64,000 nt of DNA from Octopus sinensis (lineage: Eukaryota): the NCBI RefSeq assembly GCF_006345805.1, contig NC_042998.1, forward strand, positions 109,430,001 through 109,494,000, read 5' to 3'. The first letter of the stretch is position 1, and every line of letters starts with the position of its first letter. The notes beneath the pieces are model-generated. The model did not search any database. It was given only the letters and a program-made list of their open reading frames with translations, and was not told the origin of the DNA. Below are positions 11,801 through 24,408 of this stretch, piece by piece. Position numbers and translations under genes: made by a program.

Positions 11801-13159
11801 TGATAATTTAACTAAGAGCTTGTTGAATATTTTCTACCTGTGATTTCTGGAAAATGCTTGTTTAAGAGAAACAGAAATCTTTTACCTATATTGATTTTAA
11901 CATTAAGGGAAAAGATGGGGGAACCAAATTATTCTCCTAGGTCTATTTTTAGGTCTATTCTTATTATTCATATTATCATTTGAGGGGTTATATATTAATT
12001 TATCATTAAAGCCACTATTTGCTTGGGCATTGTTGTACTAAGAGGCTGCCGTCTTGAAAATTTCTTTAGAGGAAGAAAGGTTAGATACTCTGTTACTAAT
12101 GTTGGCTATCACTATGAAGTGAGGGTGACAATATTGTTTGTGTAATTAGGAAAGTTTCATTCATTCCCACAGTGCAGCACCTTGGGCAAATGTCTTCTGC
12201 TTCTGCTGTAGTCTTAGATTAATTAAAGCCTTTTGAGTTGATTTGGTAGAAAGAGACTGAAAGAAGCCCATTGTTTATATGTGTAAGGATATGTAAAAAC
12301 TATGTGTGTGCACAAATGTTCATGTGTGTGAGAGCACATGTGTGTGTATGTGGTAGTGATGGTTTTCAGAACATCCTCTTCAATGATAAAAATAGGATTT
12401 TGATACAATGCTGAACCAGCACACTGAATAAATAGAATAATATAATTTCTGTAACAAGAAATATAGAGATGTTTTCGTATAAGTTACAATGATTTAAATC
12501 AATAAAATTGTCTACAAAATGAAACCATTCTTTAATTCTTTATTTATTTCCATTTTATCTTAACACTTTTATATCTCTTGCAATCATTTCTAAATACTCT
12601 TATTTTATTTAATATTTATAAATTTTTATTGAGTCTATGCTTTATCAGATTACAAGTAATAAAATGTCCAAATATTATAGATTAGTTAAGTTTAATATTT
12701 ATATTTACAAATATATTTCATCCTCAATTTGATCGCATTTTTTAGAAATGAAAATATTTTAAGGACCCTTCACAATGTCTACTACACTTGTTGCGCACTT
12801 AATGTCACCATCAAATACTGCCGACACAAAGTACCATTGTGATACATTCTGTTCATAAGGTTACTCTTGTCTTTATGTGGTCTGTCTTGGCAAATCCCCA
12901 TTGAAGGACCAATTTCTATTCCAAATAATTTGAATTCTTAACTGCTTGATATTTCGACATTTAGCTGACAAACGATGCAATCAAGATTACTATACTTGCT
13001 TCCAGCTGGGAGCTATGACTCGCCATGTCAAATTAGATTTGACTGTGCAAATATAAGTGTTTTGACTATGGATAGAATGCATTTCTACTGAAGGGATACA
13101 GGATATCAACCATTTTCTTCAATGTTGATTCCTTATAAATTCAGTGGCAACATTACTCT

Positions 13160-14140
13160 GCATAATAAAGTGGTTGTGGTATTCAGCTCATGATTGAAAG
13201 ATTGTGAGTTTGATTCCCAGTGATGCATTGTGTCCTTAAGCAAGACCCTTTATTTCATGTTGCTCCAATTCACTCAGCTGCAATTCAAAGGGTCAGCCTC
13301 ATCACATTCTGTGTCATGCTGAATCTCTCTGAGAACTACATGAAGGGTACAAGTATCTGCAAAGTGCTCAGCCACTTGCATGTTAATTTCACAGCCAGGT
13401 TATTCTGTTGTCTGAATCAACCCTTATCATCATAACTGATAGAGTGTCAGTTTTTTAATAAAATGCTTGTCCAGTTGAAACATTTCTCTGATGATTCTCT
13501 AAGATCAAATTTTCAACTATTTTCACATTGCAGGAACATCATGCTATCTCCATCAAATCTATACTAATCAACCACATTATTTTTAATTGACAATACTACA
13601 TTATGTGTGTGTTTGTAAGTGTGCATGTGCGTGAGTGTGTGTGTGAGTGTATCTAAGTGGATGTGTCTGTGTACATGTGTGTGTTAAGGTGTGTGGCTAA
13701 GTGCTTACAGTGTTGTACTCATGATCACAAGATTGTTGTGTGGATTCCCAGATTGGGCATGGTGTTCTTGAAGAAAATACTTCATTTCACATTGTTCTAT
13801 GATCATCTCATCATCTGATGTATGGAACACTTGTGTGCTTGTACAAGCAATGTCAGTTTGATGGAGGTAGTGTGCTTATGTGAATACAAACATTTGATCA
13901 CTATAGACAAGCCATCTGTGGGGTTGTTCAAGCAAGAAATTATGGAACTCTCTAATGGTGAGAGAGTCCATGTTATATGTATGTTGCTTAATATCAAACA
14001 AATGAGAAAGGAGTATTCAATACATGTCAAAGAAGATATGATGTTTTCTCATTAAATTTGAAGTTAGAAGCTGGTCATGCAACTTGAATTTCCTGCCACT
14101 GCAATCTTCAGGGCTGAAGATTGCAGTTAATTTTTACTTG
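13160..14140 (+). mobile_element. Cluster of decayed tRNA-head SINE copies from related subfamilies
   Basis: Degenerate heads (gtgagtttgattcccagtgatg; gtggattccccagattgggcatggtgttcttgaag) and shared body blocks also seen reversed at 31640-31900. Similar fragments at about 7990-8130, 14470-14590, 21160-21270, 36520-36660 and 63900-64000. Confidence 0.6.
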
Positions 14141-14187
14141 GTGATGATACAAAAACAACTGATGATGATATGTATTGCAATTTTAGC

Positions 14188-14260
<73 letters not shown>

Positions 14261-14869
14261 GGTAATAATAATAATGTAATATATTAAGTGAAAATAAATT
14301 GCCATGCCTTTGAAACATTTGTAGCATGTATTGAACTGTCAATATTTATTCATCTTCATTTATTTTATATATATATATATATAAATATTTGTTTTTATAT
14401 TGGGTTATAATAAAAACAATTTTGCATTAAATTGAAAAATACATATTTATTATTCTTTTACATGAATAGTGTTGACAATGATTTCAAAGTATTGGCCTGC
14501 TTAGCCTTCATTTCAAAGTACCAGTCAAGTAATGGGGTCAATAAATGTAATCAAACACCTCACCCAAATTTAAGGCTTTGTATCTAAATTATACACAATT
14601 TTAATAATTTTTTTTAACAAATCTGAATGATACATGTTTATTTAGTATATTTATGCTTTAAATTCTAAAAATATTAACGTGAAATCATGTTTGTATATCA
14701 AGTTGTTTGTGTTATATATTATTCTAAATTACGTTAAGTTTCAATATTTCCTAAACATATTTTTTTGTCATTTTATTAAATATGTTTTAAAAAAATTATT
14801 TCTTGAACATAATTTAATCATATAACATAATCTTATTTTAAATTATATTGTATTCTTGTTATTCCTAGA

Positions 14870-14900
14870 CTAATTACTACTTTTTTTTATTTACTTTCAG
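14870..14900 (+). promoter_or_regulatory. 3' splice site of the last HCN intron
   Basis: ctaattactac (branch-like CTAAT), then a T-rich tract and ttcag directly before the conserved EICLL codons. Confidence 0.9.
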
Positions 14901-16420
14901 AAATTTGTCTTCTTACTAATGCGAAACGTGTGGCAAGTGTTCGATCTGAAACTTATGTGAATTTATATTCACTATCAGTAGAACACTTCAATGCAGTCCT
15001 CGACAACTACCCAGTAATGAGACGAACGATGGAAAGTGTAGCTGCCGAGAGACTATCAAAGATTGGCAAAAATCCTAGTATTGTCAGCAGTCGTGCTGAT
15101 TTGGAAGAGGATCAAAAATTAGTTAATGAGATTGTCATGGAGTCTACCCCCATTCCCACCAGTGCTAGCGAAGATGAAGATAGAGAATCTGATGACAGTT
15201 ATGAAACGAAACCTAAAAAGAAATTCAAGTTTGATTTTCCTCTAACTCTTCAGAAAATAACTGAAGAGCGAAAGTCAAAGTCAAAAGAGAACCTTGCTAG
15301 AATGGCTGGTGATGATAGGGACGACTATAGGCCATCAAATATCTTTAGCAGGTTACCCAAAGTGCATTCTGGGTCAAATCTTTTTGGTTTAAGAGTTCCC
15401 CAAATGCCTGATCGTAAAAGAACTGGTAGTTGCGGAGATGTGTTAGGAATCATCAGTGAAACGAACAAGGACATTAAAGAATCAAAGGATGAAAAGATGT
15501 CTCCAGAAAAGAAAATGAAGGATGATAAAGAGAAAGAAGATAAGGAAGAGAAAGAAAAAGATAAGACAAAAGAAAAAGAACACGAGAAAGAATCGGAAAA
15601 GGAGAAAGAGTCAGAGAAAGAGAAGGAGGAGAAAGAGAAAGACAAAGACAAGGAAAAACATCAGTACCACCATCACCACCATCATTCCATTGTGAAAGAT
15701 GATAAATGTCGTGAACGTAAACCAATTCTAAAGCAAACTTCTCAAGAAGACAAGAAAGAGCACTGTTCTACCGATGAAGATGGTAATAATGAGAGAAAAA
15801 AACCAAGTTATTTGGAAAAAAAGTTAAAATTAACTGATGGGTCAAGTCGAGATCACAAAGCTCGCAAATATAGAGAACGTAAGACTCCAAGTCTGGATGA
15901 AAGGTCAGTGACTTTTGAAAGCAGACCTGGTATGCAATATTTGAAACTTCCTGGAGACTCTGGAGTTTCTTCTGATAAAAGCAAAGGAAAAGTATCTGAA
16001 TTATCAAAAGAGCAAAGACCTAGATCAAAGAGTGTAGATATTAAATGTAAAACGCTGGACCAAAAAACTGAGAAAAAGGATGATAAAGAAAAAGAGAAAG
16101 ATGACAAAGAAAAAGAAAAAGAAAAAGAGCAGGACAAATCAGAAAAATTAGAAAAATCTTCAAATGGTAAATTTCAGGAGAGTAAGACAGAAAAGACTAA
16201 TGTTGAAAAATCTTCTGATGAGAAAACAGAAAAATCAGCAACGAAGGCAAAACCAGCAGCACCGGTCAGTGAACAGAGAACTGGCAGGATAAGTCCCAGT
16301 AAAGCAAAACCAATTACTGGTGAAGTTAAAGTAGAAAAACCAACTATAGGAAAATTAATAACCTTAGATATTAAGAAACCTGGTGAAGAATATCCAGATT
16401 CTAAAGAATCTCCTGTTTAG
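14901..16420 (+). CDS. HCN: Terminal coding exon of an HCN (Ih) channel: end of the cyclic-nucleotide-binding domain plus a long charged C-terminal tail
   Basis: Acceptor ttttttttatttactttcag| at 14900 (phase 1). The exon reads (E)[58 protein letters not shown], matching the invertebrate HCN/Ih CNBD P-helix to C-helix ([47 protein letters not shown]). Frame is open to TAG at 16418-16420. The ORF-track start at GTG 14930 is not the real start. Confidence 0.95.
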
Positions 16421-17648
16421 AATGTGAAAAAAATATATAGCAATATCATCTGATTTACCCATTTTCATCAGGGTATTTACATCTGTTTTTTTTTCATTTT
16501 TGTTACTTTTGTTTTATTTTTTATTTTTAAATAACGTCACCATTTTAAAATCATGTGATGTAAGCTACAGCTATGTAACTTAAAAACAAAGTTAGCATCT
16601 TGCTGTAGTTTGTGATAATTGAAAAGGTTTCTCTCTAGACACGACTGATTGATGTTCCATTCAAACCTTCTCGTCTTTAAGGTGGTCAGTAACTTAGAAT
16701 AAAACAAAAAAGAAAAATGAAAAAAAAAGCTAGCAATTTTTTTATTTTTTTGCTGACTAAGCACTCTTCAGGAATGTTGGTAAATGACTACCAAAGTACC
16801 ATTCTATATAGCAATGGTAAAGTGGGAGTAAAAATATACAATACAACAACCTATTGAAGAAGGTGTGGGAGTGTAAAGAAAAGAAGACATAAAATATGTT
16901 TTACAAGCCCAGGGAACTGTAAAAGTGCCTGTATTGGATAGATTACAATAACTTATGACTGAATGGGTCGTCTTTTGATGATAACAGTTATTCAAAGATT
17001 GTACAAAAAAACTAAAAGAAAACAAAAAACAAACCGAAAATTTTGAAAAACAAAAATCCTAGTTCTTATAGATTAGCCTAAGTAGCGCCTCGCTATGCAA
17101 ATTATTTTGTAGGTAACCATGGTGCTTTGTGGACAACGACTGCGGATAAAATTAGTGGTTGACAAATTTTGTTGAAAGGTGTCTTTACGGGGCACTCAGG
17201 TGTATATATTTAAAGGTCCCTTGTATTTTTAGTCTTGGGGGATCTTTTGGTTGTTTTCGTTTGATTTTTTAAAAAATATTTCTATAAGTTAATATTCTGC
17301 CATGGTCTTCACACTATTTTTTGGGGTGTAGGTTTTTGGTATGAGTCGGCGCCTAATTAAGGTTTTTGTCTGGTTCTTGAAAAACCAAACCAATGTACAG
17401 CTCAAATTGGGTTTAGTAAATTACTTTTAGAATTAACCTTGTGTCAGAAGCCCACATTTCGCACTGGATGTGAATGTAGTTTTCCTTCGCCCTCAAGAAA
17501 ACGAACAAAAAAAATATATAAGTATCATGTAAAGTAGTTCTTTACGTGTTATTAGCTTGAAATAAAAGTATCCGCAACCACACGTTGATAAAATATGAAG
17601 AAACATACTTCAAACATTGTTCTTCTTTTCTTTCATTGATGTATTTTC

Positions 17649-17707
<59 letters not shown>

Positions 17708-18173
17708 GGGAGGGTAGTAATTTTTGTTTTAAGTTTCATTATTTATTTTTAGTTTTTTTTTTTTTTTTACAATGTACATTTTTGGGTTACTTTTTTATGT
17801 TATGTTTGTGTAGCCTTACACTTTTTTCTAAAGTTGAGCCCTGCTAATGATGAAACAGAACAGAACAGAGATCCTAGACAGACCGTTTGCAGTTTATTGA
17901 GTAATTGTTGAGTTTTAATGAAGAATAACTAAGCTGAATGAAGATGTAGATATGTACAAAGATATCTTTCTAAATATCGATTTATTTTTGATAATTCCAA
18001 AGTACAACAAATTATGTAATGCCTCTTATTGTTATGTATCAAGTATTGTAGAGTTTCATTTTGGTATCACTACTACAATAACATGATTATTACTAATATT
18101 ATTATTACTGCCCTAGTAATTGCAGTTCACATTTTCACACCAAAATGTCCCATATCTCTCTTTTAGGAATAAA
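16421..18173 (+). other. Probable long HCN 3' UTR
   Basis: Follows the stop codon. U-rich, lacks the SINEs common elsewhere, has complex CpG-containing patches at about 17080-17500, and AATAAA at 17561 and 18168. The true end is unknown. Confidence 0.45.
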
Positions 18174-18209
18174 AGAAAAAAAAGAAAAAAACTTAAAAAA
18201 TAACATTTT

Positions 18210-18330
18210 CAGTTTGTCACATTATAATAGCTTGTCACATTCTAATAGTTTATCACATAATAATAGCTTGTCACAATCTAATAGTTTGTCACATTCTAAT
18301 AGCTTGTCATATGATGATAGTTTATCACAT
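18210..18330. repeat. 18-bp minisatellite, about 7 copies (agtttgtcacattctaat)
   Basis: Visible directly in the sequence. Confidence 0.85.
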
Positions 18331-18990
18331 TTCCTCACCGCATAATTATTTCTAGTTATTTTTTAAACATGCCCCGCATTGTTTTTCATGCAGGTGGCAT
18401 CTCTGAGAAATTTATTCTCTAAGCAATTCTAGTTCCCTATGCCAAACAATGTACAGTCTTGTACATTTACTTAGTGATTTTTTTCCATTACTACTTTGGT
18501 GAATATAGTGAAGTTTACGCTTTGCTGATGAGGTCATAATAAGGCCAAAACATGTTCAGAGTTGTATCTATACTTACTGAAATAATTAAAATAATATTAG
18601 TTAATGTCTAATATTGTTTTTTCCTCACTGCATAATTATTTCTAGTTCATTTTTAATGCTTTGGGCATTAAATATGTTAACACGAACACTTTTATTTTTG
18701 TGTAGATGGAGTCTCTGAATAATTTATTCTTTAAACAAAATTCTAGTTTCCCATGCCAATCAGTGTACATTTTTGTACGTTTACTTAGTGATTCTTCCAC
18801 CACTACTACAGCAAGTACTGTGAAGTCTATACTTTGCTGGTAAGGTCATAATAAGAGTAAAACATGTCTAAAGTTGTCTCCTGTACTGGCTGAAATAACT
18901 AAAATCATATTAGTCATTGACTAATATTGTTTTTCCTCACTACTAATTATTTATAGTTAGCTTTGTAATGCTCCCTGCATTAAGTATGTT
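18331..18990 (+). repeat. Tandem repeat of ~290-312-bp units (2 full plus 1 partial), each full unit carrying a hammerhead remnant
   Basis: Unit starts ttcctcac(c/t)..aattattt(c/a)tagtt at 18331, 18621 and 18933. Confidence 0.85.
18519..18562 (+). ncRNA. Hammerhead motif with one core defect (G12 to A)
   Basis: GCUUUG-CUGAUGA-GGUC AUAAUAA GGCC-AAAAC-AU-GUU-CAGAGU. Stem I 6 bp, stem II 4 bp, palindromic ACAUGU. A more decayed copy lies at 18831-18875. Confidence 0.65.
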
Positions 18991-19170
18991 AACAATAACT
19001 GAACACATTATGATAATTTGCATTTAATATTCTGTTTAGGATAAGAATAATTCTATTTTCCAGATTATAATTATTTATCCCCTCTCTCTGACTGTCTTTC
19101 TCTCTCTCCCTCTCTCCCTCTCTCTCTGTTTGTCTATCTGTCTCTGTCTGTCTCTCTGTCTCTTTTCCCC

Positions 19171-19249
<79 letters not shown>

Positions 19250-20319
19250 CACTCAGTCTCTATTTTACTTTCTCTCTCCCCCTTTTGTCTTCTCTGCCTC
19301 ATTCTCATAATCTGTCTGTCCATGTGTCAGTCTCTGTCTGTCTCTTCCTTCCACTTCTCTTCTCTGTGTTCAGGTGTTCCACTCACTCAGTCACTCACTC
19401 TCATTTCTCATTAGATCTACACCTTTCTTTATTTTTTTTTCCGTTCATGACTATGCTTTATCTTCATAAGAAACATGTAGATGAACAACATTGCAAACAT
19501 TTTGGATGTAAGTCAATAAAAAGAAAAAACTCTGAAAACGAAACTGCATACTTTTTGTATTTAGTAGACAAACTCCTTAACTCGATTAATTATCTTTAAT
19601 TGGATCAACAGATAACCCTTTAAACACTATAATTTTAAGTAATCTGAGATTTCTTTCAGAAGTATCACCAGTGATCCAATTTACCCCATGTTGTAACAAT
19701 AAAACTCATTTTATTTGACAGTAAACTTATTTACTTATTCTTAATCTTCATTATATGTAATCCTTTTTTCTTCTTTTTTTTTGTTTATTTTGCTTTCTAA
19801 TTGAGTTTCTTCTGTTGTTGTTGCTGTTGTTTTTGTTGTTGTTATTTTCTTTTGGTAAGACATCTTCAAGTAAATCTCTTTAAAATTAACTCCTAAGAAA
19901 TGAACAAGCTTTATAAATGTTATTCAATAACTTTTTAGCTTTTCATTTCTCAAAGATACTACAAAGATATACAATACAGAATTTTATGGATTTCAAAGAA
20001 AGCAAGGAAGCCTCTATGTGGCTGCTTGACCTGCTAGAAATAGCAGCCACATCTTCCTAACACACCCTATCATCTTAAAAAAAAGGAATGACAGGAAGCA
20101 TAGGATAAATCACTCATGCATTCATTATGTTTGAAAAAAAAGGTGGGATGGTCGTGGCTAGATCACCTTTGATTATAGTTTGGTTGATCAAGACTGGTCT
20201 TTGACTTAAAATAAACAAGAAAGAGAAAAATTAAAAATTCAATGAATGAAATGGAATGAAATTAATGTAAATGTAATCTACTATTGTAAGATTTTGATAG
20301 AGAAGTATACCTGAAAAAA

Positions 20320-20860
20320 GGACATTTTAGTAAAGAAAGATAATTGGTAAAGAAGGACATTTATTAAAGGACAAATGCTATGAAAGGATACTCGGAAAGA
20401 GCATAATTGATAATGAAAGACATTTGGAAAGGAAGGACATTTGGTATAGAAGGATAATTAATAAGTACATTTAGTAAGGAAGAATGTTAAGTAAGAAATG
20501 ATGTTTCATAAGTAAGGATATTTGGCAATGAGAGATATTTAGTAAGGAAGGATACCTAGGAAGAATATTTGGTAATGAAAGACATTTAGCAAGGAAGTAT
20601 GTTTGATAAGGCAGGATACTTGCAAATGAAGGACATTTAATATGGAAGGGTATGTGGTAATGAAAAACAGTATGAGAAAATATTTGGTAATAAAAGGTAT
20701 TTGGTAAGGAAAAATAAGTGGTAGTAAAGGATATTTTTTAAAAAAGAACAATTGAGAAGGCAGGATATTTGGCAAGGAAGGACAATTTGTAAGGCAGGAT
20801 ATATGGCAAGGAAGGACAATTGGTAAAGGCAGGATATTTGGCAAGGAAGGACGTTTGGTA
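20320..20860. repeat. Degenerate ~15-16-bp purine-rich minisatellite (aaggacatttggtaa-like)
   Basis: Many degenerate copies over about 540 bp. Confidence 0.8.
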
Positions 20861-21316
20861 AGGAATTATTACTTACAACAATAGTTACATTATTTCTTAA
20901 AGTTCTTCGCAATAATATTTCCAGCAAAATGTAAGTAAAAAAATTAATAGATAGATAACTGGATGGTTGCATGGATGGATGAATGAATGGATGAATGAAT
21001 GGATGGATGGATGGATGGATGGATTGATAAGTAGATGGATAAATGAGTAGATGCATGGGTAAGTGGATATGAGGGTTAATTGACAGTTACATACAGAGTT
21101 TGATAAATAAATAAAAAACGTTGTGGACTAAAAACTAGCAATAGTTTCTGATTTAGGCAAAAATCCAACAATTTTGAGGATATCAATGCCAATGCTTAAG
21201 TGGTAATTTTATCAGCCTGTAAGGGCTGAAAGACAAAGTTTTTCTCAATGAAATTTGAACTCAGAATGTTAACAGGTGAAAAAATACCACAGACAGGATG
21301 ACCTTACAAGCTTGCT

Positions 21317-21348
<32 letters not shown>

Positions 21349-21392
21349 TATAATAATAATTAATAATGATAATGATAATAATAATAATAATG

Positions 21393-21440
<48 letters not shown>

Positions 21441-21760
21441 TAACACATACACTATACAGTCAACACCCAATAAAATAATGCAAAACACATTCTTACGTAA
21501 TCAATACTTGACACTAAAATGCTAACAACTCACTTTCTCACAGTTGCAATCCCCACAGCACCCTACACAATCACCATCTGACACAAATCCACCAATAATA
21601 CCAATTAATAAAAATAACTTGAGTCACATTGAACATAACTCAACACATTACTGCACTCAGCTCAGGAATATGTCCATACATATATATATATATATACATA
21701 CATATGCACACACACACACACACACATATATGCATACATATATGTACATACATATATATA

Positions 21761-21806
<46 letters not shown>

Positions 21807-22332
21807 GACACACACATATATATATATACATATAAATATATATGTATACAAATATATATAAACATGTATATGCATGTATACATTTTTTTGTACATATATA
21901 TATATGTATGTATATATATATATAGATAGATAGATAGATAGATAGATATATGCATATAAGATATAAATATATGTAATGTAATATATATATAAATATATAT
22001 GTGTGTGTGTGTGAGTGTATGTTCGTTTGTAATATATATATGCAGACAGATACACTGAGGAACGGTTACCTAAATACTCATTTGGATCATGAGGTAGCAT
22101 CATGGATTAAGAAAATATTGTGTAGCATTTAGTTTTCATTTTCAGTTTTACCTATTCCAACTTTGCCTTTATTCTTTCCATAGACAAAATACTCATGTCC
22201 ATGTATATTCAATTAAACCTATGTGAGCAATGTTCTAGTATGTCCAAAATCCAATGACTGGAAGCTAAAAGTAGAAATGTGTGTGTGTGTGTGTGAGTGA
22301 GTGTATGTGTAGCTGTATGTATGCATGTTTGT

Positions 22333-22376
<44 letters not shown>

Positions 22377-23685
22377 CTGTGTACATTATACGCACATATA
22401 TAATATACATACACACACACACACATATATATAAGCAAATGTGACATTTGGATTGAATTGGCAATAATTTTTTTTTCTTTTGCATTCAGGATCTGGAGGA
22501 AAGGTTGGTACCTAGGGGTACAGGGCCTAGATAGCTGGCTAGCTGGATACAAGGGTTAGAAAATGAGCAGGATGAGAATGCTGAATATAGGTAGTGTAAC
22601 CCCAGCTGCTTTGAAGAGTAGAAACCATTATAGTAGGTTACACAGAGGAAACAGCTCACCTGTAGGTCAGAGACTGGTTCATGTCAGTGAGTGACATTAT
22701 GTTAATTGGAAGGCCCTTTTCTGGAATGACCGAATATGCAGCAGCAGCAGCAGCAGTGCTTTCCCAGATGTGAGAGAAATACTGCATTAATTATAATCCA
22801 ATCCTTTCATATCAAATTAAATTAAAAATAAAATGAAATAAAATTCAAAGATAAATGCCAACCTAGCTTTCACTGGCTTGGACTCAAATCATGTAAAGCC
22901 TCTACACCTTAAGATTAATCTTAATTCAGCACTGAGGGCTTCATCCATGCTCTGTAGAGTACTGATAATTGTTGGAGGCCAAAGATTATTGATAATTGTC
23001 AAAGGCTGAAGTATCTTTTGGTCTGAAGCAAAAAACCAGTCTTTGGGATGCAGTTTTAACTTAACTAAAAATGTTGTTTTAGCAGGATTGATCCTCCATG
23101 ATAGTGAAACCATCAACTAAAGTAATTTTGAGATGTCTTACTGAATGCTGTCCATGATTAAACAGGGTGTAATGTGATATTCCTTTCTTGATAGAAGGTC
23201 AGCAGTCGTCATCATCATCATTTAACATTCATTGTCCATGCGGCATGGGGATCTACCAAAACTATATGATATATAAATGAGTAAATGGCTTCCATTTTAA
23301 AGCTACTAATTTAAAGCATGAAACTGAGTGTAAAGGACTAATATTTTGATGTTAGACAGGCACATAATACTACATGCCATGAGTTAAATTCCAGAATTAC
23401 ATTAGCACAGTTTCATAGAAGCATAGTAAAAACTGCTCACCGTCATTACTGAGTGTAAAGTATTTGCATGTGTATGTGTTACATTGCATGCTTGTTGGCC
23501 TCTGATGATTTAACTAATTTTAAGTGAGATTTTTCACCACTGGACTGTATAGAAAAGTAATAATGAATATATATATATATATATATAATTTCAACAATTG
23601 AGGGTAAAATTAATTAATTAATCAATTTCACCAAGTGTTCAGTATGCAAAGGGACCATTTAAGGCTAATTCAAATTATTACATTA

Positions 23686-23912
23686 TATAAAAGGGCTTAG
23701 TAAAATAAATTACTTTGCCGCATACTGAACTCATTAGAAATAGCAGCTAAAAAAACATTTATAAAACTATTTCTAATACTTAAAGAAAACCTCTCTCACT
23801 ATATGAGAGAGGTTTTCTTTAAGTATTAGAAATAGTTTTATAAATGTTTTTTTAGCTGCTATTTCTAATGAGTTCAGTATGCGGCAAAGTAATTTATTTT
23901 ACTAAGCCCTTT

Positions 23913-23916
<4 letters not shown>
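23686..23916. repeat. Perfect palindrome: 113-bp arms, 5-nt loop
   Basis: 23686-23798 is the exact reverse complement of 23804-23916, checked base by base. Confidence 0.95.
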
Positions 23917-23995
<79 letters not shown>

Positions 23996-24002
23996 GTGGT
24001 TG

Positions 24003-24035
<33 letters not shown>

Positions 24036-24036
24036 A

Positions 24037-24123
<87 letters not shown>

Positions 24124-24364
24124 CATATATATGCATATATTTGCATACATATATGTGTGTTTGCTTGTGTGTGTGTATGTGGATATGAGATGTTCCTATA
24201 TAAATACATCTGTAAAGAAATGTAGTTATGTGTAATTACAATACATTTATATTATTTACATGCATACATTTTTAGAAACCATTCAGCTTTTTTTTATTCT
24301 TATAAATGTGCCTAAATATATATAAATTTACGAATGTGTGTGTGTTGTGTGTGCATGTGTACAT

Positions 24365-24408
<44 letters not shown>

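Noticed and set aside
12970-13090. GSYDSPC.. reading as the possible missing HCN exon (GSYFG)
   Set aside because: No flanking MYFIQEG/LSD context and no phase-1 donor after a Gly codon.
15325-16137. Minus-strand S/F/L-rich ORFs
   Set aside because: Antisense shadows of the purine-rich HCN tail exon.
18210-18330. Short tandem arrays (18-bp, 26-bp at 47145, and 20320-20860) as possible CRISPR-like arrays
   Set aside because: No unique spacers, eukaryotic context and no cas genes; these are ordinary minisatellites.
22470-22770. Strong plus-strand acceptor (ttttttttcttttgcattcag at about 22490) followed by GC-richer sequence
   Set aside because: All three frames stop within about 25 codons, with no convincing donor or protein similarity.
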